DNA of 64,000 nucleotides from the IMG/VR virus record IMGVR_UViG_3300009008_000003; one strand, 5' to 3'. How positions within the stretch are numbered: position 1 is the stretch's first letter; each line of letters starts with the position of its first letter. The translations under genes and the position numbers were made by a program. This DNA is from a virus. This document shows positions 55,219 through 64,000 of this stretch, piece after piece. Under the pieces are notes generated by a model. It was given only the letters and a program-made list of their open reading frames with translations, did no database searches and was not told the origin of the DNA.

Positions 55219-56494
55219 GAGGTATTAACTTTAATATTTCTTTAATTGGTAAGCAAAGATTATTAGCTTCCCAAGATCTTTTATGTTTTAGTATAGAAGT
55301 TGCTGTAGTTAGCATAGCGGGGTATGAGCTACGCAATAAATGATTAGCATATATAACTATATCTACGCCCATGCTAATTAGCTCTTCTTCAGTAATAGTG
55401 TTATAGGTAGAAGGGACTACTACTAAGGGTACTTTTATTTTAAGCTTCTTGTACTCGTTACAAAATGCTTGGATTTCATCGGGTTTGGGGCTCTTGCTGT
55501 GTATCATAATACCATCGGCTCCGGCCTTGATATAAGCTTTAGCTCTTTTTACGGCGTCTTTTAGTCCTTTGCCCAATATAAAACTTTCTATTCGAGCTAT
55601 TATCATAAAATCTTTTGTGATTAATGACTTTTTACCTTCTAGTATTTTATAGCTAAACTCTTTTATGGTATCTTGTTTCTGCGAAGACGTGTCGGCATGT
55701 AGAGAATTTCGTTTATTACCTATTTTATCTTCTATTATAACTGCGGAAACTCCTAGCCTTTCTAAGTGCCTAACAGTAAATTTAAAATGTTCTACAAGAC
55801 CTCCGTTGTCTGCATCTACTATCATAGGCTTTGTAGTTACGTTAAAGATTTCATTTAGGGTTTGATTGATGGTAGTTATATCTACATATTGGATATCTGG
55901 TTTACCTTTTGACGTAGAATGAGTTAAGCTGCTTAGCCACATTCCGTCAAATTCACTTCGTTCATGCTGTACCTTTTCGACTATTAGGCCAGTTAACCCG
56001 TTATGTACTTCTAATATTTTAACAATAGGCTTTGCTTCGATTAGTCTTTTAAGAGTTTTTATTCTGACATTGGGAGTTATGCCGAGGTCCTTTTCATAGT
56101 TTTGTAATTTTGTAGATGATATATCTGAGGTATATGGTACATCTATAACCTGGCCGCCCCATTCGCTTAGTTTGTCTATAACAGCTTGTCTGGTTTGTTT
56201 TTGTACTCCTTTTTTCCAATCATCTCCGTGTACGACATAATCTGGTTTTAATAGTTCTAAATTTGGTATATAATCCAGGGTAGTTTGCGGCACTACCTTA
56301 TCTATGCCTTTAATATTTTCTACTACTGTTTTGCGCTGCTCATAGTTCAGCACGGGTAGTCTTTTGTAGCTAGCAATAGCTGCGTCGGTTAGTAATCCTA
56401 TGGTAACACTGCCATGCTGCCTGGCTACTTTAATAATATTTAGGTGTCCGTGGTGTATTATATCCGCACACATCCCAATGTATACAGTTTTCAT
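55211..56494 (-). CDS. pepM: Cytidylyltransferase-phosphoenolpyruvate mutase fusion
   Basis: N-domain [10 protein letters not shown]...VVHGDDW; C-domain with the PepM signature EDK-x5-NS ([10 protein letters not shown]), [20 protein letters not shown]. Confidence 0.93.
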   Translation of the reverse strand: MKTVYIGMCADIIHHGHLNIIKVARQHGSVTIGLLTDAAIASYKRLPVLNYEQRKTVVENIKGIDKVVPQTTLDYIPNLELLKPDYVVHGDDWKKGVQKQTRQAVIDKLSEWGGQVIDVPYTSDISSTKLQNYEKDLGITPNVRIKTLKRLIEAKPIVKILEVHNGLTGLIVEKVQHERSEFDGMWLSSLTHSTSKGKPDIQYVDITTINQTLNEIFNVTTKPMIVDADNGGLVEHFKFTVRHLERLGVSAVIIEDKIGNKRNSLHADTSSQKQDTIKEFSYKILEGKKSLITKDFMIIARIESFILGKGLKDAVKRAKAYIKAGADGIMIHSKSPKPDEIQAFCNEYKKLKIKVPLVVVPSTYNTITEEELISMGVDIVIYANHLLRSSYPAMLTTATSILKHKRSWEANNLCLPIKEILKLIPHD

Positions 56495-56495
56495 A

Positions 56496-57542
56496 TTAAT
56501 CTACATAATTTAAGTCGTGTTCTAATAAGTTATCTATAACGGCTAATATGCGGCTAGCGCAAGCTCTTCCAGTATAATCTATATATTTAGTAGTAACTCT
56601 TTTTCTTTCTTCTCTATAACCGTCATCAGTACTTGCCTTGTCAATGGCGGGTAACAAATCTTGAAATTCGCTTATAATTTTACCTGCACGGTCTTCTAGT
56701 TCCCAGGCTACTCCCCTTGCAGGAAGCGTTTTAGTTTTAAAGGGGGCAAGTCCTAGATGAATTACAGGTTTATCCATAAGATAGAAATAGCTATTAACGC
56801 TGGATAAATCGCCTATTAACATGTCTGAATATCTAAAATATGGAAACCCATAGCGGTCATCGTTTACATGATGTGCGTATACATTGTAAGCCTTAAAGAT
56901 ATCCTTGTACACAGATACCCAGTTTTTTGTGTATCTATGCGACTCGTGTAAACGTATTACAAAATTAGCGTCGTGTTTATTTACTACGTGATTACAAAGG
57001 ATTTCTACACGTTCCTTTTCTTTTCCGTCTTCCCACCAATCTACAAACAGACCTCTTTCTTGCTCTTGGTTCCACGTAGGCGCGTACAGAATAGTCTTTT
57101 TGTCTGGGGCTAGCCCCCGATCACTTAAGAATTGATTTTTAAGTGACACATCTTCATGCTTTAGCAAATCTATGGATAGAGGCATGCCAATTACTATTAC
57201 ATCATTATAACCTATTTTAGCATATTCTTTCTTCATATACTCGCCGTATACCAATAGGTATCTTTGGCATTTCTTTTCATTTTGTACCTGGGCTTTTTGA
57301 TCTTGATTTTTTAGCCAACCGATTCCGCCAAAACCATGGCCTACATGGAGTACTTTATTTACTGGGTAGGGACCAGGAGTTAGATGTGAGGTTATTATAA
57401 GATCTGCGCCTTCTCCTGACCCTTGCTTTTCTTTTGTCCTGACATCGTGCCAGGTTATTTTATATCTACTCGCTTCGCCCAATAGGTTTTTAATTGAATA
57501 TGCATCCCCCATTTTAGAGGCATAAAAGTGTATGTGTTTCAT
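56496..57542 (-). CDS. TagF/TagB-like CDP-alcohol phosphotransferase (candidate CMP-phosphonate transferase)
   Basis: [29 protein letters not shown]...DKPVI. Confidence 0.75.
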   Translation of the reverse strand: MKHIHFYASKMGDAYSIKNLLGEASRYKITWHDVRTKEKQGSGEGADLIITSHLTPGPYPVNKVLHVGHGFGGIGWLKNQDQKAQVQNEKKCQRYLLVYGEYMKKEYAKIGYNDVIVIGMPLSIDLLKHEDVSLKNQFLSDRGLAPDKKTILYAPTWNQEQERGLFVDWWEDGKEKERVEILCNHVVNKHDANFVIRLHESHRYTKNWVSVYKDIFKAYNVYAHHVNDDRYGFPYFRYSDMLIGDLSSVNSYFYLMDKPVIHLGLAPFKTKTLPARGVAWELEDRAGKIISEFQDLLPAIDKASTDDGYREERKRVTTKYIDYTGRACASRILAVIDNLLEHDLNYVD

Positions 57543-58258
57543 AGCTTTATCTCATCTAAATCAGTTATAAAGTCAACATACCAATCTGGGTGATATCTTT
57601 TTTCCCAGTTAGGTTCTTTTGTAGAGTATATTTTTTTGCGCGACAGCCCCGCTACGTATACTATAAATCCTGGATGTCCAATAATTATTTTGGCATTATG
57701 AATTAGAGACATAGCCTGTGGTATTGAAGTAGTGTTCATGTAATTAAAGCAATTCTCTATATTAAACGCAGGCAAATCTCCGGGCTCGCATGTTCCAACT
57801 AGTCCTATTTTGTACTCTTTGTTATGTTTGTTTATAAAATTCTTAATAGAGTTTACGCTGAATCTTCGAGTACTATTTCTGCCTGCGTATGGAGAAATTA
57901 TTATGTCAATATCTGTTAATCCCTTATCATTGTTTTTCACATTTACTATGCTATCAACAAAAGGGTCTGTTTCCCAAGATATGGGGTCGCCTTCGCTTTC
58001 TGCTCGCCACCCCGGGCCTATCTGGTAATCAGCTATATTTGTATAATTTTCTATGTCTGCATCAGTAGTAACTGGAACAACTAAGTGATTTATTTCGTGA
58101 TACAGGTAAAAAGCATTTATAGCGGGCAGCAGTTTTAAAGGGCGCATTGTGTGCGTCAACAAAACGTCTTTCTTTTTGACCGGAGAATTTTTAGAGTATA
58201 ATTTTGCTACCATCATAGCCGCGTCTCCAAGACCTCCTCCTCCCCATATATTAGTCAT
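57539..58258 (-). CDS. GT9-like (GT-B) glycosyltransferase
   Basis: GGLGDAAM, IIISPYAG, IGLVG, LIHNAKIIIG. Confidence 0.6.
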   Translation of the reverse strand: MTNIWGGGGLGDAAMMVAKLYSKNSPVKKKDVLLTHTMRPLKLLPAINAFYLYHEINHLVVPVTTDADIENYTNIADYQIGPGWRAESEGDPISWETDPFVDSIVNVKNNDKGLTDIDIIISPYAGRNSTRRFSVNSIKNFINKHNKEYKIGLVGTCEPGDLPAFNIENCFNYMNTTSIPQAMSLIHNAKIIIGHPGFIVYVAGLSRKKIYSTKEPNWEKRYHPDWYVDFITDLDEIKL

Positions 58259-58905
58259 CTATCTCTCTTTTCTTTAGTACAATCATAGTGTCGAGTCTAT
58301 CTATCTGTGTATACAGTGAGAAGATAGATTCCCCAAAATCAACTTCACCTCTTGTTTTATTTCCGTATGATTTTCTGAAAAAATCGTCTATAAATAAGAT
58401 ACCACTATCGTTCATAAATTCGTGTACCTTATAAGCACAGAAAGTACGTGCGCGCCCGTCTATTAATATCTTGTCGAATATCTTTACTCCTAAATCGTTA
58501 ATTTTGTTGACATAATCTCTATATTGCCAATATCTACAAATTGATGAATATGGTCCCTCTTTGGCGTATGGGTATTGATTCAGTATATCATTATATTCTT
58601 TTTTTTGGTATTGTCCAAATTCCATGTACCTTTTCATCAAATATTTCTTCTAATTTATTACCCGGGTCTATTTCTTTGCTGTACGCCTCTCCGCCATAGT
58701 TAGGCGATACGAAGTAATAATGTATATTTTGGCGTTTGCTTGTTTCAGGTACTAATTTATTGTACCATTCTTTTTCGTGCTCTATTGAATAATACTGTTT
58801 TGACCAGTTTGAAAATTGTAAGGTGCTTCCACCAGATCCGTATTCTAGCATAATGTCTTCAGGGGTTAAGTAATTTTCTATTCCGTTTACCTGTGCTTTA
58901 GACAT
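58251..58905 (-). CDS. Class I SAM-dependent methyltransferase, split by a 1-nt frameshift at the A8 run (T8 at 58599-58606)
   Basis: The upstream frame has MLEYGSGGST...SIEHEKEW; the downstream frame has FDKILIDGRAR...GILFIDDF. Removing one A joins WTIPKKEYNDIL. Confidence 0.75.
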
Positions 58906-59626
58906 GAATACTTGCATCTGTATCACCCCATATTTTTTTATAATCTATTTTCATTTGTTCGTATCTATTATTAATATCTTTATCAAATACACCTTTACCT
59001 GCGTAATGAATTATGTATGAAGAAAACCTATCTTCTTTATTATTCCAGGACTCAGAAAACATGGTCATATGATTCCACATATAGGACAACTCTTTGATTC
59101 TGAATCCCTGATTGTGTATTTGATAGCCCAGTAGGGAACAGTCATAACCAGTGTTAAGCCACCATTCCCCATTTATTGGCTTAAAGATATTTCTATGCAT
59201 TTTTGAGGTCAAAAAAGTCCCAACGTTTGGGTAGCCATCGTGCCAATTTACTGACCCAAATTTGTTTTGAATATCGGTAATACGTCGTTTTCTATCTTCT
59301 TTTCTACTGCCAACATCTTCGTAAATTACGCCTATTTTATCTACTGGTACAAAGTCGAACGGGTTAGGACATTTATTTGTTATAATCATATCCGAGTCTA
59401 GATAAAGTACCCTATCGTAATGTTCATACAGATCATATATGTTTAATATCCTATAATGGTCTGTGTTGGCGTAGCCTGCCCCGTGTCTTTTACAACATTC
59501 CGACGGGTTCGATATCACTTCAAAATCTGCGTTCCACAAAGCTGCAAATTTTTTGAATAACGGATGCGTTATATCCGTAATAGGCTTTATAAATTCATCT
59601 GCTTGAGTAGTTACCAATAGCTTCAT
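58898..59626 (-). CDS. GT8-like glycosyltransferase
   Basis: VLYLDSDMII (DxD), NVGTFL, WNH, IIHYAGK. Confidence 0.7.
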   Translation of the reverse strand: MKLLVTTQADEFIKPITDITHPLFKKFAALWNADFEVISNPSECCKRHGAGYANTDHYRILNIYDLYEHYDRVLYLDSDMIITNKCPNPFDFVPVDKIGVIYEDVGSRKEDRKRRITDIQNKFGSVNWHDGYPNVGTFLTSKMHRNIFKPINGEWWLNTGYDCSLLGYQIHNQGFRIKELSYMWNHMTMFSESWNNKEDRFSSYIIHYAGKGVFDKDINNRYEQMKIDYKKIWGDTDASIHV

Positions 59627-60543
59627 ACTAGGTGAGGTTTTACATTATTTATAATATGAGTTATCTCGTCGTCACTTAGCTTCTCGTTGAACGGAATGCT
59701 TAGTGTTTGTTTTTCTGCTATTTCTGATTTCTCCAGAACGGTGTTCTGGGCGTAAACTGGGTGTTTGTGTAAGCATTTATAATGAAGACCGGTAGCGATA
59801 TCTCTGCTGTGCAGGTTTTTGCTGATTGTTTCATTATTTACTACATTAATTCTGTATAAATGGTTACTAGTATTATTACAACCGAAATTATAATTATAAT
59901 GTATTCTAATATCTTTTAACTTTTTTAATTTTAATTCATAGGTTCTAAAATTATTGAGTATAACAACGGCCTGGACACTATTCATGTACATTTTCCAGCC
60001 GGGGAATTTTATATCCCTGTTCCACGAATTATGACCAGTACCCATGCCGTTGAAAACAGCCTCTCTAAACCAGTTAATTTTTTCTTTATCATTGCTAACC
60101 ACGAGTCCTCCGTCTATACCGGCAAGCGGCTTAGTCGGGTAAAAGCTAAAGATCATTAGGTCGTGTGCGTTAGCTTCCTGGGCAAATTGATTGTGTTCTA
60201 GCTTTTGAGCAGAGTCTATTATTTTATAGTCTCCGAAATTGTGAAGTGTGTAGGATCCTCCTACCCAATTTATATCATCTATAAAATTGACTTTGTTACC
60301 GGAAGTTATTATGGCGTTGGCTACTACCGGCGGCAGTAAGGACGGGGCATTTATAACTAAATCTTTATTTCTTACCAAGGCTAAGAAAATAGCGCTCGTA
60401 GCACTGTTTACAGCGCAAGCATATTTAGCCCCCACGTATCGTGCCAACAGGGTTTCAACTAACCCTACTCTCGGATCGTGAAGCATGTGCGAAAACGAGC
60501 TAGTGTCTATTATATGATTTTCTATATGAAATAGCTTTATCAT
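59623..60543 (-). CDS. DegT/DnrJ/EryC1/StrS PLP-dependent sugar aminotransferase (compact)
   Basis: AVNSATSAIFLAL, IIDSAQ, FSFYPTK (PLP Lys), GGLVV, LSIPF. Confidence 0.85.
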   Translation of the reverse strand: MIKLFHIENHIIDTSSFSHMLHDPRVGLVETLLARYVGAKYACAVNSATSAIFLALVRNKDLVINAPSLLPPVVANAIITSGNKVNFIDDINWVGGSYTLHNFGDYKIIDSAQKLEHNQFAQEANAHDLMIFSFYPTKPLAGIDGGLVVSNDKEKINWFREAVFNGMGTGHNSWNRDIKFPGWKMYMNSVQAVVILNNFRTYELKLKKLKDIRIHYNYNFGCNNTSNHLYRINVVNNETISKNLHSRDIATGLHYKCLHKHPVYAQNTVLEKSEIAEKQTLSIPFNEKLSDDEITHIINNVKPHLV

Positions 60544-61292
60544 TTTCTGTAAATTTCTAAATATTTTATCGTATCACCTGACCCCCATTGGGGTATCTTG
60601 TCGACTAGTGTTAGCCCGAGTTCTTGTAAAACGATGCATAGATTATCATGATACTTAGCATTGGTATCCAAGGCTAATTTATAGTTATTGATGAATCTAG
60701 CGGTTAGTAGCAATATCCCATCGTTGTTTAAAGCATCAAATAAAAGATTAATTGTAGATATTAAATTAGGAACATGCTGCAGCACCTCAAAGCAGGTGAT
60801 GGCGTCATATTGTTCTAGTTTAGGTGATTCCCCAAATTCTATATCAATAGTATGTATGTCTAAATTTCTATTTGTAAACCGCCATTTTGCGAAATCAAAA
60901 GTTAGTCCTGGTATATCACAAGCACAGGCAGTTAGGCCCGCTTCGTTTTGTTTGATGCTGTCTTGCCCTATACCACACCCAAAATCTAATACGGTTTTAC
61001 AGTTATTTTCTATCAGCAGGTTCACACAACTTTGGACTAGACGTTTTTTCTTTTCGCCCGAATGATATTCTATACATTCTGGTATATAGTTTTCAGTGGT
61101 GCTATAAAAATTATATATTGATTTTAAATCGGAAGTGGATACAGTGTCTAGCCATTCTTTTTCAGTCAAATGCTGCCATTTAGTATAACCTTTATAATAG
61201 TTGTCTATTTTTTTAAAGCATTTTTCTAGATCATCTTCTGGTATCTTTAAAAATTTAGCAGCCTCTTGTAATAATTCATTATCTATTAGCAT
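60540..61292 (-). CDS. Class I SAM-dependent methyltransferase
   Basis: VLDFGCGIG, YDAITCFEVLQHV, LNNDGILLL. Confidence 0.85.
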   Translation of the reverse strand: MLIDNELLQEAAKFLKIPEDDLEKCFKKIDNYYKGYTKWQHLTEKEWLDTVSTSDLKSIYNFYSTTENYIPECIEYHSGEKKKRLVQSCVNLLIENNCKTVLDFGCGIGQDSIKQNEAGLTACACDIPGLTFDFAKWRFTNRNLDIHTIDIEFGESPKLEQYDAITCFEVLQHVPNLISTINLLFDALNNDGILLLTARFINNYKLALDTNAKYHDNLCIVLQELGLTLVDKIPQWGSGDTIKYLEIYRK

Positions 61293-61665
61293 TTTTTATC
61301 CTTATGAATTCATCTTTATTTAGGATATAATCATTTATATCATACTCAGTCGAGCATATGGATAAGAGTACATCATTGCCGGTATGAAAAATTTGGGAAT
61401 CCCATATTAATTTATCTAAAAAGAAGCTATCCCCGGATTTTAGGAATTTGGAAACAGTATTTATGCCATCGAAGGCTATAACTTCTATAACACCTTGGAC
61501 GCATATTAACACTTGTTGGGTGTTATAATGCGCGTGGTTTCCTCTTTCCTGGCCCTGTGGCACGTTGTAAATATAGAAAAGTCTTTTAGGTATAAATGGT
61601 AAAGTTAATAAATTTACGGGCACTAAAGTGCCGTCAGCCGCTTCGAATTTATTTAGTGGTTTCAT
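61279..61665 (-). CDS. FdtA/QdtA-like cupin NDP-sugar 3,4-ketoisomerase
   Basis: PFIPKRLFYIYNVP...RGNHAH...LICVQG. Confidence 0.85.
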   Translation of the reverse strand: MKPLNKFEAADGTLVPVNLLTLPFIPKRLFYIYNVPQGQERGNHAHYNTQQVLICVQGVIEVIAFDGINTVSKFLKSGDSFFLDKLIWDSQIFHTGNDVLLSICSTEYDINDYILNKDEFIRIKNANR

Positions 61666-62626
61666 AATGATTTTTCCAAAAATCTATCATTTCATCTAAT
61701 AAGGTTTCGAACGTATATTCAGGCACCCAATTAAAAGTTTTATTAAATTTTGTTGAATCGCCTTTTAAATATTTAAGTTCTTCCGGTCTAATGTGTTTGG
61801 GGTCTTGTATTACATAGTCCTCATAATTTAATCCTACTTTTGTAAATACGTACTCACAGAGATCTCTAATAGAGAAAGCTTGCCCGGTGGCCACTACAAA
61901 GTCATCTGGAATACTATGTAACATTATTAAATTCATGGCTTTTACATAATCTTTTGCATGTCCCCAATCTCTGCAAGAGTCTAAATTGCCCAATTCTAAT
62001 TTATCTTGTAACCCTTTTCGTATTCTAACTGCTGCCTTCACGATTTTATTTGTAACAAAGTTTGAACCCCTTCTCGGAGATTCGTGATTAAATAGTATAC
62101 CATTGCATGCAAATAGTTTGTACGCATTTCTATAGTGCTTTACTAAACTATAAGAAAAAAGTTTGGCACAGCCATAAGGGCTTGTCGGGCTCATGGGTGT
62201 ATTTTCATTTTGAAATCCGTTTGGATTAATATTGTTACCAAACATTTCTGATGATGATGCTTGGTAAAATTTCGCTCTAGGTGAATGGTTGCGGTAGGCT
62301 TCCAGTATATTTAAAGTACCCAATGCGTCTGTTTTTACCGTAAATTGTGGTATTTCAAAACTTATTCTTACGTGGCTTTGTGCGGCAAGGTTATATATTT
62401 CACTTGGTTGTATGGTCTTTATTAATCGATTTAATGCCGATTCGTCTAAAAGGTCGCAATAGTCCGTGTTAATTTTACCATTTAGATGCGAGATGCGTGT
62501 TTTCTGATGTTCCGGCGTGGAATTTCTCCTAAGTGTTCCATAAACCTCATATCCCTTATCCAATAAAAATTCAGAAAGGTAGCTCCCGTCTTGTCCAGCA
62601 ATACCAGTTATAAATGCTTTTTTCAT
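61649..62626 (-). CDS. gmd: GDP-mannose 4,6-dehydratase
   Basis: AFITGIAGQDGSYLSE, YNLAAQSHV, FYQASSSEMFG, SPYGCAK, LFNHESPRRG, RDWGHAKDY. Confidence 0.95.
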   Translation of the reverse strand: MKKAFITGIAGQDGSYLSEFLLDKGYEVYGTLRRNSTPEHQKTRISHLNGKINTDYCDLLDESALNRLIKTIQPSEIYNLAAQSHVRISFEIPQFTVKTDALGTLNILEAYRNHSPRAKFYQASSSEMFGNNINPNGFQNENTPMSPTSPYGCAKLFSYSLVKHYRNAYKLFACNGILFNHESPRRGSNFVTNKIVKAAVRIRKGLQDKLELGNLDSCRDWGHAKDYVKAMNLIMLHSIPDDFVVATGQAFSIRDLCEYVFTKVGLNYEDYVIQDPKHIRPEELKYLKGDSTKFNKTFNWVPEYTFETLLDEMIDFWKNHYETTK

Positions 62627-63582
62627 TTAATTATACCCTCCCCCCTGCTTTTTAAAAAAGCTACCCAAGCCATCTTTATCCCATCTTCCAATGAAATAGA
62701 TGCTTTCCAACCTAGCGATGTTAACCTACTAACGTCTAAATGTTTTCTGGGAGTACCGTCCGGTTTGGAGTCGTCCCAGACAATTTCACCCGTGTGACCG
62801 GCGATGCGCTGGATCAGCTCAGCCAGTTCACGAATGGTGATATCGCTGCCGGTGCCGACATTAAGCGGCAGGCTGTCGGAGTAGTTTTCCATCAGGAAGA
62901 GACAGGCATCTGCCAGATCGTCCACGTGCAGGAATTCCCGGTAGGGAGAACCGCTGCCCCAGAGGGTGACCGGCTGCTGGCCGGCTTCCACGGCCAGGTA
63001 AAACCTGTGCAGCATCGCCGGCAGCACGTGTGAACTTTCAAGGTCGAAGTTGTCGCCGGGACCGTAAAGGTTGGTCGGCATAGCGGCGATGAAGTTTTTA
63101 TTATACTGTTCGCGGTAAGCCTGAACCCCCTGTATACCAGCGATTTTAGCTAAAGCATAACTACGATTAGTTTCTTCTAGCGGGCCTGTCATTAAAGCTT
63201 CTTCTTGTATAGGTTGTTTAGCTAGCCGTGGATAAATACAGGAACTACCTAAAAATAGTAATTTTTTAACATTTGTATCGTGGGCCGCCCGCATAACATT
63301 AATTTGAATCAGTAGGTTTTGTTCCAAAAATTCTACAGGAAATGTAGAATTAGCTAGTATTCCTCCAACTTTAGCGGCCGCTAGAAAAACATATTCTGGC
63401 AGTTCTGTTTCAAATAAATTCCTTACTTGTTTTAAACAGGTAAGGTCATAATCAGTTCTTTTTGGTGTAACTAAATTTTCATATCCGTTCCGTTTTAGGG
63501 CGCGTACTATAGAAGATCCCACCATACCGGAGCAACCTGCTATATAAATTTTACTTTTTTTATCCATATTTAATCGTTCCAA
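62623..63582 (-). CDS. fcl: GDP-L-fucose synthase
   Basis: IYIAGCSGMVGS, LAAAKVGGI, LGSSCIYP, YALAK, MPTNLYGPGDNF, REFLHVDD, PDGTPRK. Confidence 0.95.
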   Translation of the reverse strand: MERLNMDKKSKIYIAGCSGMVGSSIVRALKRNGYENLVTPKRTDYDLTCLKQVRNLFETELPEYVFLAAAKVGGILANSTFPVEFLEQNLLIQINVMRAAHDTNVKKLLFLGSSCIYPRLAKQPIQEEALMTGPLEETNRSYALAKIAGIQGVQAYREQYNKNFIAAMPTNLYGPGDNFDLESSHVLPAMLHRFYLAVEAGQQPVTLWGSGSPYREFLHVDDLADACLFLMENYSDSLPLNVGTGSDITIRELAELIQRIAGHTGEIVWDDSKPDGTPRKHLDVSRLTSLGWKASISLEDGIKMAWVAFLKSRGEGIIK

Positions 63583-64000
63583 ACTGTCACACCAATTACG
63601 GGATAATCAGTTTTTACTATTTCTTCTTCTATAATATTGTTAAAATACGGCTTTATAAAGTGTTTAATAGTTTCGATGGTATACCCCCACTTATGTGTAT
63701 TATATTCATTTTTATAAGAGCCATAAATAAGCCTGATAGCCCAATCAGCGGAAGATATAGTTCTTTCGGTATCAATTAATGCCAATGATTTCTCAAGGTC
63801 AGGAAAATTAAAATGAAATTTGCATTTCGGCTTTAGGATGATTTTAAGTTGATTTAAAATGCTTTCAGCTTCTTTTTTAGTAAAATGCTCGAAAGACGAT
63901 AGCATTAAAGCGTAATCCGCGCTATTTTCTTGGTAATGTTCTGAAAGATTTCTTACATCAACAAATTTATCTGCTATGCATTTTTTTATTGGGTTTTGTC
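63570..64000 (-). CDS. SAM-dependent methyltransferase-like protein, 5'-truncated by window edge
   Basis: The frame is open to base 64000; ENSADY...SFEHF...ILKPK...FPDLE...HKWGY. Confidence 0.65.
   Translation of the reverse strand, partial: QNPIKKCIADKFVDVRNLSEHYQENSADYALMLSSFEHFTKKEAESILNQLKIILKPKCKFHFNFPDLEKSLALIDTERTISSADWAIRLIYGSYKNEYNTHKWGYTIETIKHFIKPYFNNIIEEEIVKTDYPVIGVTVWND

Noticed and set aside
62740-63033. 97-aa plus-strand ORF inside fcl
   Set aside because: By-product of the high-GC patch (few stops); antisense to a conserved enzyme.
1-64000. Stop-codon reassignment, tRNA genes, introns or inteins
   Set aside because: Genes are full-length and tightly coupled in code 11; I saw no T-loop/CCA tRNA pattern in intergenic DNA, and terL and polA have no insertions.
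52831-64000. Interpretation of the sugar cluster as a DNA base hypermodification system
   Set aside because: No nucleotide hydroxymethylase, kinase or base-modifying enzyme is recognisable in the window and dUTPase is ordinary. Retained only as an alternative, since such genes could lie outside.

Overview
This 64 kb window is part of a large tailed-phage genome (myovirus type: it has a contractile sheath and tube), is AT-rich and reads well in standard code 11. The + strand (1-39.7 kb) carries late/virion genes: basic Gly/Ala-rich putative head-internal proteins, a GpA-like terminase large subunit, prohead protease, scaffolds and major capsid protein, then neck, fibre and baseplate proteins, a nucleotidyltransferase-SF2 helicase-LigD-like ligase block, tail terminator, sheath and tube. 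A ~1 kb non-coding interval (15.5-16.4 kb) is packed with hairpins and terminators. The - strand (39.7-64 kb) carries a family A DNA polymerase, an RpoD-like sigma factor, a four-gene NEYGNY motif family, a Ubl-JAB-E1 (ThiF) cassette, dUTPase and RecU. It ends in a ~11 kb glycan cluster with a complete PepM-Ppd-Fe-ADH phosphonate pathway, GDP-fucose genes, amino-sugar genes and several transferases. No portal, tape measure, integrase, tRNA or CRISPR array was recognised. Best leads: (1) a phage-encoded phosphonoglycan pathway, with a strong Ser-Gly excess in tail proteins as a possible acceptor sequon; (2) a phage ubiquitin-like conjugation cassette; (3) a tandem array of unknown structured RNAs; (4) a K-x-A processing motif and shared leaders on head cargo, including a 2H phosphoesterase. 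All family assignments are by eye from motifs; no database searches were run.
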